The position numbers and the translations under genes were made by a program. This document shows positions 11,875 through 21,784 of a stretch of DNA of 64,000 nt, one piece after another. The DNA is from an uncultured Chloroflexia bacterium (GTDB taxonomy: Bacteria; Chloroflexota; Dehalococcoidia; GIF9; UBA5629): the NCBI GenBank assembly GCA_963827985.1, contig CAWHDI010000040.1, forward strand, positions 16,682-80,681. Reading direction: 5' to 3'. Under the pieces are notes generated by a model. It ran no database searches. It was not told where the DNA came from and saw only the letters and a list, made by a program, of their open reading frames with translations. How positions within the stretch are numbered: the first letter of the stretch is position 1; each line of letters opens with the position of its first letter.

Positions 11875-12040
11875 TGTATTCTCCTTCTATAAAATTGCTT
11901 GCTCTACGGGCTCTGCACGGGTTTGCGAAGCTCCACCCGCAAAATTTTCCCAAGCAGGTTCTTTGGCAAAGTATTGGTAAACTCTACGTGTTTGGGTACC
12001 TTAAAATGGAGGAAGGTATTGCTTGGAAAACTCGATGATA

Positions 12041-13533
12041 TCACTTTCGCTGCACTGCGCTTGACGTTTTAAGATAACAAAAGCTTTGATCTCCTCGCCG
12101 TATACCCTGTCCTTGACGCCTATGCAAGCTGATTCCTGAGCTTTGCGGGTGTCGGTTTATAACCTTCTCCACTTTCCTCGGGAAATATTTTCCCTGCTGC
12201 ATGATTAGGTCCTTTTGCGATCGGTTATGTGAAAAATAGCCGTCCAGGTCCTTGTACCCAATATCTCCCGAGTGTAGCCATCGTTTTTCATGGTCTGCGC
12301 CGTTTCTTCCGGCTGGTTCCAGTACCCTTTCATAATTGAAGGGCCTTTCATTACGATCTCCCCTGTCTGCCCGGCAGCCATTTCGCAATCGTTCTCGTCG
12401 AATACCTTCACCTGGTGTGCCGCCAGGATGACATTACCGATTGACCCGTATTTAGGCGGGCCGTGTGTACTGTTCGAGGTTCCGCCCGCGAAACTCTCCC
12501 GACATGCCCCAACCTTCATATATGTCCAGACCTGTCTTCTCCTTCCACTTTCGCCCCAGTTCAGGATCGAGTGGGGCTGAACCGGAAATGCAGCCTTTCA
12601 GAGAAGACAGGTCGTATTTGTCGAAATCCGGTTGATCCAGCAGGTGCACATACATGGTAGGTACAAGGGTCAACATGTTGATATGGCAGTCCTGGACCAT
12701 CCTCAGCACCCGTGCCGGGTCCCAGCGTTTAAGCATATAAAAAGAGCCGCCCACGAAACTGGTGAGAGTCAGGAAGGACAGGCCGTAAACATGCGATAGC
12801 GGCAGCACGGGCAGTGTTATTCGCCGCGGTTGAGGCCCGTGACAGTCAACGTTTCCTCAATTTCCTCGTGGGTCCTGAGATTCTTCATCTTGTAGCTGCT
12901 GCACAACGTAATTGAGTTGTTTGCGTACGCTTGACAGAAACGGCTGGTCACACTTGTCCACATCGAGTAATGGGTATGCATGACTCCTTTGGGATTGCCA
13001 GTCGTCCCGGACGTATATATAAGTGTGGCAAGATCGTCATTGTCCATATCTTGCATCGGCAATTGACCGCTCTGCTCGCTGAGCAGCTTGTCAAAATAGA
13101 GGGTTCCCGGGACATCGTCCCTGTCAATCACAATAATATTGGTTAGATCAGGGGCCCCTTTCTGAGCCTCTTTTACCCACGGCATGAAGTCGGATGTCGT
13201 GATGGTCACTTTGGCTCCGCTATCCCTGTAGATGTGTGATATCTGGTCCGGACGCAACATTGGATTCATCGGAACGATAACTGCCCCGATTTTTAAAGAG
13301 GCATGAATAACAGCGAGTATTTGAGCGCAATTCGGTAATTGGGTGGTTATGCGGTCTCCTTTTTGTATCCCCAGGGCCTTCAAAGCATTGCCCAGACGGT
13401 TTGCCATTGATTGCATTTCTGAGTTCGTATACCATTTGCCTTCGAAATGGAGCATATTGTAGGTGCCGTACATAGCGATGCTGTTATCGAAGATGGTTGC
13501 TACATTCATGCTTGCCCCCAATTTTGAAATCAA
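12041..13533 (-). pseudogene. AMP-dependent acyl-CoA synthetase/ligase, disrupted (at least 3 frameshifts)
   Basis: AMP-binding signature YTSGTTGNPKG in the 12817-13533 fragment. Downstream fragments 12452-12808, 12205-12519 and 12041-12388 continue the family in other frames. Confidence 0.75.
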
Positions 13534-13963
13534 TCTGCCGGTTAGCCTTCCGTTGTTGCTCTTTATCCATTAGACTGAATGTCTGTGCCAGGTATACCTT
13601 AAATCAATCCTTTTGCCTCTCGCTTCACCATGCGGGGCTGTTTATTTTTGTGATATTTGTTTTGGGCACTGAATACCCGGCGGGATCGTCTTTGAACGAA
13701 ATAAGAAGAGCATGCTGGATAAATCCGACGGTAATATCTTCGAATAGCGAAATATCGATGTCTTTCCATACCAGGCACATCTTGGTGACAAACTGGACCA
13801 GGCCGCCGACCAGTACAGCAGTCATCTCGGGGGGGGAACTGCGTATATCACCGAGGGCTATGCGGTCGCGATAAAATGCCTGAGTTCTTTTAATGCCCGC
13901 GGGTTGGCCATAGTTTCGATTTTCCTGGATAGACCATATAGGAGGTCCATCAAAACGAGCAGG

Positions 13964-14263
13964 TTAGCGTTCACGTTTGGCCAGTTCAAAAGCTGCATGC
14001 ACCGTATTTCTCCAGGCTTGTGCAGTATCTGGATTCTCCAGGGCGGGGAGCAGGGCATCCGCCATCATTTCCTTGTACCTGTTGACCAGGGCTTCGAGTA
14101 TGTCCTGCTTGGACTTGAAGTAAAGGTACACTGTCCCGTTGGATATACCAGCCGCCTCCGCTATTTTGGAAACACGCGCCTTATCGTACCCTTCTTCCTT
14201 AAATATTCTGCGGGCAGCGTCTAAGATCAATTCGCGTCTGTTGGGATAAGCCGTTCTACCCAT
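13964..14263 (-). CDS. TetR/AcrR-family transcriptional regulator
   Basis: N-terminal TetR HTH (RRELILDAARRIFKEEGYDKARVSKIAEAAGISNGTVYLYFKSKQDIL). Start taken at MGRTAYP. Confidence 0.8.
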   Translation of the reverse strand: MGRTAYPNRRELILDAARRIFKEEGYDKARVSKIAEAAGISNGTVYLYFKSKQDILEALVNRYKEMMADALLPALENPDTAQAWRNTVHAAFELAKRER

Positions 14264-14348
14264 AGCATAAAAAATAACTGACTGAGAATCAGTCATTAAT
14301 TTAGCAACATAAAATCTGTTTGTCAAGTTGAGTCGGATGTTGCAAACA

Positions 14349-15279
14349 TCAGGGATTTAGAGCGTCTTTAATGGTTGAGCACCGGCCCATTGCCCGTATT
14401 GCGTCTCGAATTAATTCGTCTGCCGCCAGCAGAATAGACAGGTGGTTTGCGCCTTTTATTGCCCTCGCTAATGATTTCGTCCCTGATTTCCTTCTTTGGT
14501 AACTCTGCATAGCGAAGGACTTTTTCCACGTCGAACAGTTCATCGTTCTCGCCTGCGTACAGGGCAAACGGTCTGTCGATTTTCTTGAACTGCTCCTGCG
14601 GGTTATCCGGTGTGAGCGCCATTGCCATGTTGCAGGTTATCGAATTGATGAATAAAGGCTGTTCTTTGAGTACTTCTTCCGGATAGTTGAAAAAAACCGC
14701 CATTGTATTTCCGTATTCGCGGCCTAGCGACGCCCCATATTTCATAAATACGTCTATGTCCACCCTGGCAAATGGAGTAGGATTGCCCTGTTTTTCCGTT
14801 CCAGATTTATAGCCGAACTCCGGCGACACAAATATGTATCCGGCTATATCCGGGTTGTTCCTCCATGTGAGGTAATTCAAAAGCAGGCCCCCGCCCGACG
14901 AGTGCCCTCCCAGGTACATTGTCAATTTCGGATTGGCGGCGTGGACGAAGTCGCAGAACAGGTGTACATCTTTCCAGACCTGGTCGACTGACGGTGAATC
15001 GCCCCGCGGCCCTTCCGAGTTACCGTGGCCCCGAATATCCATAAGGTAAACCGATACATTGTATTTTGCCCCGAGCCCCTTTGCCAGGTATTGATAGCCT
15101 CCCCCGCTGTAGGCCCCGCCGCCGTGCAGGAAGACCAGTGACGCAACAGGGCTTGCCGCCCTGGTCTCGTAATAGGCCAGGTTTACACCATCCGTCGCCT
15201 TTATAAAAGAAGGTTTCCCCACATCCAGTTTTTCAACGCTTGTTATTTCGTCGAAAGAGAATGATTCACCCTTTTTCAT
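14349..15279 (-). CDS. Alpha/beta-hydrolase (lysophospholipase-like), C-terminal frameshift
   Basis: LVFLHGGG and the GGHSSGG nucleophile elbow. The C-terminal hydrolase segment (AIKGANHLSILLAADELI) lies in the overlapping ORF 14349-14567. Confidence 0.75.
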
Positions 15280-15438
15280 GTTGTCCTCCCGGGTTCCCCG
15301 ATTAGCAGTTTTTGCTTGTATTTGTTATGACATATCCATGGGATTCAATCAAATCCCGGTCAAATATTACCTTTATATTGTACAGTTATCCATTCCCATA
15401 TAAAATAATTAATCAAATGAACTTCGAGGAGGATTTAA

Positions 15439-15930
15439 ATGGAGTGGCAGCAGGTAATTATTGACACTTTCAAGCGGTCCACGGACACATTGGATAAAGC
15501 CCTTGCTAATCTGTCTCAGGCCGATTTGAACAAACAGCCCGGTCCCGATTCAAACAGCATCGGCTGGGTCGCCTGGCATCTGTCGAGAATTGAGGACAGG
15601 GCCATTTCCCGCATGTCCGGCCGGGATCAGGTCTGGATCAAAGACGGCTGGTATACTAAATTTAACCGTTCCGCTAACCCCGAGGACACCGGCTTCAAGC
15701 ACACGCCCCAGGACCTTGCGGCATTTAAATGTCCTGATGTCGTAAGCCTGTTGGAATATAATCATGCTGTGCTTGTAAATACCGAAACATTCCTCAAGGG
15801 GCTTTCCGCTCAGGACCTGGACAAAAAGACCGGTCATCCTCTATTCACAACGGTGGGATCGTGGCTGGCAGTAACACTTACCGATATTCTTCAGCATTCC
15901 GGTCAGGTTGCCTACCTGCGAGGTCTTTGA
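15439..15930 (+). CDS. DinB/YfiT-family (DinB_2) protein
   Basis: Four-helix-bundle metal-binding family (WHLSRIEDR...HSGQVAYLRG). Confidence 0.8.
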   Translation: MEWQQVIIDTFKRSTDTLDKALANLSQADLNKQPGPDSNSIGWVAWHLSRIEDRAISRMSGRDQVWIKDGWYTKFNRSANPEDTGFKHTPQDLAAFKCPDVVSLLEYNHAVLVNTETFLKGLSAQDLDKKTGHPLFTTVGSWLAVTLTDILQHSGQVAYLRGL

Positions 15931-15958
15931 CAGGCAAAGGCTGGTCAGACGTCTAACG

Positions 15959-16155
15959 CTATTGCTTTAAAGCGTCAGCGATAGCCCGCGCCCAGGAACC
16001 TGTTGCGTCCCAATCGCGGAAGTCCCCGGTAGGTGCCTTCACGTTCTTGATCACCCATTTCTCGAGGAAACTCATCTTCTTAATATCGATGGCCCCGGGA
16101 ATTCCGCTGTCATTCCATGTTTTGAGGCATATGCCACCAGTATTGTGTTTTTCAT
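15959..16155 (-). pseudogene. Flavodoxin-like gene remnant (N- and C-terminal pieces only)
   Basis: Translation MKNTILVAYASKHGMTAEFPG, then after a frame change ...DWDATGSWARAIADALKQ*. This is a flavodoxin-type start and end with no middle. Not in the ORF track (under 60 aa). Confidence 0.3.
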
Positions 16156-16181
16156 CTGACCGGGTCTCCCCTGTTAGATTG

Positions 16182-16826
16182 CTAAGGATTGGAATTCACG
16201 CCGGCCACGCGTATCATCCAGTTCACTTTAGTCTTGTCTCCGTACCACAGATCATGGCCCGAAGAGTCCTTTTTCCAGTACGGCCAGGCTTCCAGTATCT
16301 GGTCGGATCCGCCGTCTCTCACCGTCAGCTCCGAATGGCTGTTTACAACGCTATCGTCTGCTCCCATGCGGAATTCTCCCCAGCGCCCATCATCGGAATG
16401 GATCTGTACATAGAAATGGTCCGTTACAACTACGTCAGGAACACTTATGTCCACCCACGCGGTCGCCGGATTGAACTGTGTTTTGCTATCGTACGGGTTG
16501 ACCGGTAATTTTGTATCCGGATAGCTGGCTTGATATATGACCTTCTTGTCGCCATCCCAGATCTGCAATTCGATGGACTTATCTTCATATTTGCCCCAGG
16601 CGGCAACCATCCCGTTTATGCGTACTCTCTTGATGGTAAATTTGCTTGAAGGGGCGGTAAATGAGACCAGGTAGCCCGTGAAACTTGGCGGGCTGACCGA
16701 CAAATACTCTTTAAGTGAGTTATTGTCGTATTTAATTTCCATTTCCGCCGCCGGCTTATTGCACGATGCAGTGACGGTCAAAACCACCGGCAGGATAAGC
16801 GCCGCCAAAACCCATATTTTCTTCAT
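16182..16826 (-). CDS. Hypothetical secreted lipoprotein
   Basis: Signal peptide MKKIWVLAALILPVVLTVTASC with a lipobox-like Cys. No recognisable domain. Confidence 0.6.
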   Translation of the reverse strand: MKKIWVLAALILPVVLTVTASCNKPAAEMEIKYDNNSLKEYLSVSPPSFTGYLVSFTAPSSKFTIKRVRINGMVAAWGKYEDKSIELQIWDGDKKVIYQASYPDTKLPVNPYDSKTQFNPATAWVDISVPDVVVTDHFYVQIHSDDGRWGEFRMGADDSVVNSHSELTVRDGGSDQILEAWPYWKKDSSGHDLWYGDKTKVNWMIRVAGVNSNP

Positions 16827-17001
16827 GTCAAGGCATAGCTTATCACAATTTTCCGTATCAAATGAAGTACAGCCCTTACATCGCGCACAATTTAATTAAT
16901 TTGTAATATGCCGCTAATTAAAAATTAACATTGCCTTGCTAAACTGTTTTTATTGGAAATTAGTTATATATATCAACGAATTAGAATAAGGAAATATAGA
17001 T

Positions 17002-17349
17002 ATGGTTATCGATTGTAAGATAAATCCGATGGTTCGCAACGGCCTTCTCTCGTTTGTGAGGGAGAACAATCTCAGCAGCATGCAATTTGAGCTGCTTCGG
17101 TTTGTCGGGCGTCACCCCAGGGCAAAACTCAGCTTCTATGTTATCGCTAAAGCGCTCGGTACTGCCGGCGTCGAACTTGGGAATGCCCTGGTGGGCCTGA
17201 TTCAAAATGATATCATGATGGCTGAAATAAACGAGAACGGGCTCAGCACGTATTACCTTTCAGGGAACAGTACAATCGAAATGAATGTGCGGGAATTGGC
17301 AGCCTTGGACTGGAGCGAGGCTCTCAGTCTGAAGAAGCGGCTGGAATAA
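17002..17349 (+). CDS. Hypothetical small protein, possible winged-helix DNA-binding
   Basis: 115 aa. The MQFELLRFVGRHPRAKLSFYVIAKALG segment resembles a MarR/wHTH recognition region. An AT-rich promoter-like region lies upstream. Confidence 0.45.
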   Translation: MVIDCKINPMVRNGLLSFVRENNLSSMQFELLRFVGRHPRAKLSFYVIAKALGTAGVELGNALVGLIQNDIMMAEINENGLSTYYLSGNSTIEMNVRELAALDWSEALSLKKRLE

Positions 17350-17361
17350 GTGACAGCCCTG

Positions 17362-17845
17362 CTATTTCTGCTTTCGTCGGGATAGCAGCTTCATAACCAG
17401 GAAGTAGGCCAACGGGACCATCTGGTAAAGCATGCCCAGCCACGCCGCTGTTACGCCGTCAAGCATGTTCAACTCACCCGAAGCCGTGAAGTAATAGAAC
17501 GCGTAAATCGACAGAGGCAGGTAAATCACGCTTCCTGTGATGACGCCGGGGACATAGCCCCGTAGCCTTATCGAGCCGCCCAGGTGCGCCATGCCGTTAA
17601 TAAAGAGCAGGCTCGCTGCCGACAGGCTGAAGGACAGGTTGCTGCGGCCTACGAACAGCACTATGATGCACAGCACCAGTTGCAGGCCGTTTATCACGAT
17701 GGCCGCGGGGACGGTGACGAAAGGAGCGAAACCCGGGTTCATTTGTCTTCATGACAGCCATGAACCCGCCCGGGAAGAAAAACTCTTCCACCATGTGCAG
17801 TATCGATGCTATTAAGAAACCTGCAAAGATCCAGTTCATAGCCAT
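17362..17845 (-). CDS. HXXEE-domain membrane protein, frameshifted
   Basis: N-terminal fragment 17597-17845 contains the HMVEEFFFPG (HXXEE) motif. The C-terminal membrane part is 17362-17742. The junction coincides with a short inverted duplication at about 17710-17760. Confidence 0.5.
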
Positions 17846-17860
17846 TCCAAATGTGTAAGT

Positions 17861-18439
17861 TTAATATATATAAGGGACAAGTCGCCAGGTCCTTTTCCTG
17901 TAGTCCTGGTATTGATTACCGAAATGCCGTACCAATTCTTTTTCTTCCACCTTGATGCGCCGCATTATTCCGATGACGGGAAGCACAATGCATAGTGCAA
18001 GTGAAATCCAGTTGGCAAGGGCGATTCCCAACCCGAGTGTCGTGATGAGCATTGCCAGGTATGACGGATGCCGGATATAGCGGTATGGGCCGGCCATTAC
18101 CAGTTCGTGGTCTGCCTGGATTTTAACCTTTCCTGTAAAATATTTTCCCAGGACAGCAATAACATACCGCCGGAATATAATACCGCAAATCATGACAAAT
18201 ACACCCATCCATGTCAGCCAGTCACCAAGCACTACCAGACGGCCGAAGTCCAGTATTACGGGAAGCCACGCGACAATGAAACAGATCGCAAGAAGTATCC
18301 AAATCAGTCGTTGCGTTCCTCCATCAACCTCTTCCTCAGTTCCCCTCCTGGTGCGGACCGCGAGTACGATCTCCGATATCAGGTAGTAATATTCGGCAGC
18401 ATTGATAACCACTACAGCTGCTATTATGCTTGCACTCAT
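17861..18439 (-). CDS. Isoprenylcysteine carboxyl methyltransferase (ICMT/PEMT) family membrane methyltransferase
   Basis: Multi-TM protein with C-terminal RYIRHPSYLAMLITTLG...ELVRHFG, characteristic of the ICMT/phospholipid-MT family. Confidence 0.75.
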   Translation of the reverse strand: MSASIIAAVVVINAAEYYYLISEIVLAVRTRRGTEEEVDGGTQRLIWILLAICFIVAWLPVILDFGRLVVLGDWLTWMGVFVMICGIIFRRYVIAVLGKYFTGKVKIQADHELVMAGPYRYIRHPSYLAMLITTLGLGIALANWISLALCIVLPVIGIMRRIKVEEKELVRHFGNQYQDYRKRTWRLVPYIY

Positions 18440-18635
18440 ATATTTCGAATTCTTTACTCTGGCGCATGCAAAGGGTTATTATCGCTGACCATACGCCTCC
18501 GACTGTTCCCATAATATCAGTTTGCACCTCTTGTCTCAAACTGCCGTGCCGCGGTAACGGAAGGCTGGTGATGCAGTTTACTGCATCACCAGCCTCTGAA
18601 TATCACTCACCCCAGCCCTTCCTCCAAAACAGTTT

Positions 18636-19268
18636 TCATTTTCGGGCGATTATCGATTGAAAAACAAACGGAAATGGCGTTTTGATGCTGTAGTTGGTTA
18701 TGCCCGATTTTTCCAGAATCGCCTTGACGTCGGATATTGAACAAGAGGCTCTAATTGAAGCCATGTCTCCACCGCTGAGTGGCAGCCGCCTCAGCCAGGA
18801 GGTTCGCTTGAAGTCGTATATATACAAAGCTCCGCCATCCTTGACGGCATTCCAAAGATTGCGGATGGTCTTTACCGGTTCCTTCCAGTGATGTAACGAG
18901 AAGGTAGAGTATACCAGGTCGAACTTCCCAAGTCGGAACAATTTATTCTCATCATTTGCGTCAGCCACGTAACAGTGGATTCTATCTTGCAGCCCGCTCG
19001 CTCGAACGTATTCATTAGCTACCGTGACCATGTCGCCTGAAATATCGGCAGTGGTGATATGTGCCTGCGGATCAGCTTCTGCCAATGCAATTGCCAGCAG
19101 CCCTGGGCCTGCCCCAATTTCCAGGTAATTGTCACCCAAATTGAGGGTCCTCACATCTTTCAGCAAAGGCCTGAATAAAAGCCTGGTATATTTCTTTTGT
19201 CCTTCTGCATATTTTCTGGCTCTGTCTATTCCTGTGATAGCTTCTTCTTGTTCTACTCGTTCCGGCAT
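18636..19268 (-). CDS. Class I SAM-dependent methyltransferase
   Basis: Motif I LEIGAGPGLLAIALA followed by acidic motif II (Methyltransf_11/25-like). Confidence 0.8.
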   Translation of the reverse strand: MPERVEQEEAITGIDRARKYAEGQKKYTRLLFRPLLKDVRTLNLGDNYLEIGAGPGLLAIALAEADPQAHITTADISGDMVTVANEYVRASGLQDRIHCYVADANDENKLFRLGKFDLVYSTFSLHHWKEPVKTIRNLWNAVKDGGALYIYDFKRTSWLRRLPLSGGDMASIRASCSISDVKAILEKSGITNYSIKTPFPFVFQSIIARK

Positions 19269-19310
19269 TTTTTTGCTCCTTCACTGATATCTCAGCGGGG
19301 TATGTGCCTG

Positions 19311-20081
19311 TCAGTCCCTCTTCCAGCTAAGTTTGGAATAGAGGAAGATGCCTGTGCCCAGCAGGACGAGGGACAGGACTACTGTAGTTATTACCTGTTC
19401 CGCAGTAAGTGGATTATAGCCGGTGACGGTTTCGCCCAACAGGAAGTAACTTGCTGACGATCCGGCCGATGCCACCGGGTAGATGCGGGCGAAAGCTTTC
19501 AGGAAATCAGGCAGTGAGCTATAAGGGATGAAGATGCCTGACACGAAACTGGCCACAACCGATATTCCGACTCCGCTGAACATGGCGCCCTGCACGCTGC
19601 GTACCAGTGAACCGATAATCAGGCCGATGCCCGCAGAGCAGCCGATGACCAGCAGCAGGAATCCTGCGACCTGCGGAAGACCGGTGGACACATTGAACCG
19701 TGCGCCGGCAACCAGTCCAATTGTTGTTACGATGGCGGCCGTCAGCATGGAAAGCGTGAATAAAGCCAGCACGCGGCCGCAGAAATCAAGGCCGGGGTTG
19801 ACAGGCATTGATTTCAATTTGGTAAGCAGGCCGTCTTCCCTGTCGCGTGCGATGTTGCTGGCAAGGTTTGACATTCCTGCCAGTGTCAGCGCAAAGATGA
19901 CCATTGAAATGGTGACTTCGCCCCTGGCGAAGGGCACTATACCGTCGGGAACGCCATTCAGCGTGGCAAGGTTGAAGACGATCAATAGTATAACCGGCCA
20001 GGCTATCGTCCAGAACAGGACGGCCCTGTTCCTGAGGAACCCTTTGATTGTCTTGGTGAATGTGGCGGTGATCTGGTTCAT
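19311..20081 (-). CDS. ABC-2 type transporter permease
   Basis: 256-aa, 6-TM protein. Its start overlaps the stop of the upstream ATPase by 4 nt. Confidence 0.8.
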   Translation of the reverse strand: MNQITATFTKTIKGFLRNRAVLFWTIAWPVILLIVFNLATLNGVPDGIVPFARGEVTISMVIFALTLAGMSNLASNIARDREDGLLTKLKSMPVNPGLDFCGRVLALFTLSMLTAAIVTTIGLVAGARFNVSTGLPQVAGFLLLVIGCSAGIGLIIGSLVRSVQGAMFSGVGISVVASFVSGIFIPYSSLPDFLKAFARIYPVASAGSSASYFLLGETVTGYNPLTAEQVITTVVLSLVLLGTGIFLYSKLSWKRD

Positions 20082-21010
20082 TTCTTATTGACCTCCTGTA
20101 TATGTGTGTCCGTGACCTTGAAAAATACGTCTTCCAGCGTAGGTTTGGATACTTCGGCCCGGATAACCCGGTATCCCGCCTGGTCCAGTGTCCTCGTTAT
20201 CCTGGGCAGTATCTGTCCGCCGTCCGGCGCATAAATCCGGTAACCGGCCTCGCTTTCTAGAACCTTTTGCTGGGAACTGAAGCCTTTTATCAGGGCGGCC
20301 GCCCGTTCATTCCTCACGGATGTGTCTATAGTTATTGCATCCTCGGCTGCGTAAGCTGCTTTAAGAGCGTCGGGCGTATCCTCGGCGACGATCTTTCCCT
20401 TGTTGATCAGTCCCACCCTGGAGGCCGCTTCGGCATCGGCGCCGATGTGGGTGATCAGGAAAACGCTGGTCCTTTTGTCTTTGATGCCCTGGACCATGTT
20501 GAAGAAATCCCTCCGTGCCGCCGGATCGAGGCCAGTGGTTGGCTCATCCAGGATCAGGATGCGGATGTCCGGAAACAGGACGGTCGCCGCCTCGAGTCTT
20601 TTCCTCATGCCGCCCGAGTAATGCGCCACTCTTTTGTTGGCATCGCCATTCAGTCCGATTTTATCGAGCATTTCATCCACCATCTGGCGGCCCTCTTTTC
20701 CGGTGTAGCCGAGGAGCCCGGCGAAGTAGGCCAGGTTCTCTCTGCCTGTGAGCAGGGGCGCCGAGAAATTATCCTGCGGCACATATCCGATCATTCGCCT
20801 CGCCTGGTCCGGCTTCTTTCCGTAAATCTCCAGTGTACCGCTGTCGAAGGTTGTTACCGATGCCATTATGGAGGACAGCGTCGTCTTTCCCGACCCGTTG
20901 GGTCCCATGATCGCATAGAATTCACCTTCTTCCAGCTTCAGGTTTATGCCGTCCAGCACTTTGTGATCGCCATAGTTTTTCTTAAGGTTTTCGATTGTTA
21001 CTGCGTACAT
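20078..21010 (-). CDS. ABC transporter ATP-binding protein
   Basis: Walker A GPNGSGKTT, signature SGGMRKRL, Walker B ILILDEPTTGLD. Confidence 0.9.
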   Translation of the reverse strand: MYAVTIENLKKNYGDHKVLDGINLKLEEGEFYAIMGPNGSGKTTLSSIMASVTTFDSGTLEIYGKKPDQARRMIGYVPQDNFSAPLLTGRENLAYFAGLLGYTGKEGRQMVDEMLDKIGLNGDANKRVAHYSGGMRKRLEAATVLFPDIRILILDEPTTGLDPAARRDFFNMVQGIKDKRTSVFLITHIGADAEAASRVGLINKGKIVAEDTPDALKAAYAAEDAITIDTSVRNERAAALIKGFSSQQKVLESEAGYRIYAPDGGQILPRITRTLDQAGYRVIRAEVSKPTLEDVFFKVTDTHIQEVNKK

Positions 21011-21338
21011 AGTTCATCTCCTCGTATTTCTCGGTCAGTATCGAAATGTAATGCCAGCGGTCGGTCAATAACTAATTACCTCCTGTTGTTGATGCCCCCA
21101 GTTTACAGGTGGATGCGGCTCTCTGCGCCCCTCATGGGAATGGTTACACTCCCTGCTCAAAGGCGGGTTATTACTGGCCAACCGGCCAGGTTAAAGCTCG
21201 CCCACAGTACAGATCTCAATCCCTCACAACGCAGGGCGAATTATGGGAACGTCGCCTGTACACTTGGAGTATCGAAACAGTCGAGAACGGAATCAGCAGG
21301 AACTGATTTCACAATCCAATAAAACTGGGAGGTTTAAC

Positions 21339-21629
21339 ATGTCATACAATGAAACGGAAAACAAAACAGCGCAGAACAGCGGTTCGAGCAGTGGAGGGTC
21401 AAGCTATTGGGACCGGAAAGAACGCCGCAGGGAATTGAAAAGGGAGTTGAGGGAACTAAGGCACTGTCATCCAGGCCACGGCATATTTGCCGGCGTCTTG
21501 ATACTTTTGATAGGTTGTCTCTTCCTTGCCGGCAATTTCTTCTACTTTAATGTTGCCATGTGGTGGCCGGTGATTCTTGTTATCGTGGGTATTTCCATCC
21601 TCGTCCGCAGCTTTTACTGGTGGGACTAG
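21339..21629 (+). CDS. Small membrane protein with charged N-terminus and two TM helices (LiaF/LiaI-like TM region)
   Basis: MSYNETENK... then basic RKERRRELKRELRELRH, then two hydrophobic helices. Sits directly upstream of a NarL-type histidine kinase. Confidence 0.55.
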   Translation: MSYNETENKTAQNSGSSSGGSSYWDRKERRRELKRELRELRHCHPGHGIFAGVLILLIGCLFLAGNFFYFNVAMWWPVILVIVGISILVRSFYWWD

Positions 21630-21784
21630 ACAAAGGACCTGTCGCCGGTCAGCTGGCGGCGCTGCCGTGATGCTGACTGGCGGCAATGGGATATAATGGT
21701 TGCGCGTGTGCTGGGAGGCTCCGCGCATTGGTTTCGGGTACTAATGCTCTGAAAGTCTAAAAGTAATGTCCAAAGATAATTACG

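Noticed and set aside
20267-21322. 351-aa ORF antisense to the ABC ATPase gene
   Set aside because: A GC-rich antisense reading frame with an Arg/Gly/Pro-rich, low-complexity translation and no motif. The opposite strand carries canonical Walker motifs.
21060-21338. Possible riboswitch in the 280-nt region between the ABC exporter and the small membrane protein gene
   Set aside because: No recognisable conserved riboswitch core (for example TPP, SAM, cobalamin or glycine motifs). It is more likely a divergent promoter region.
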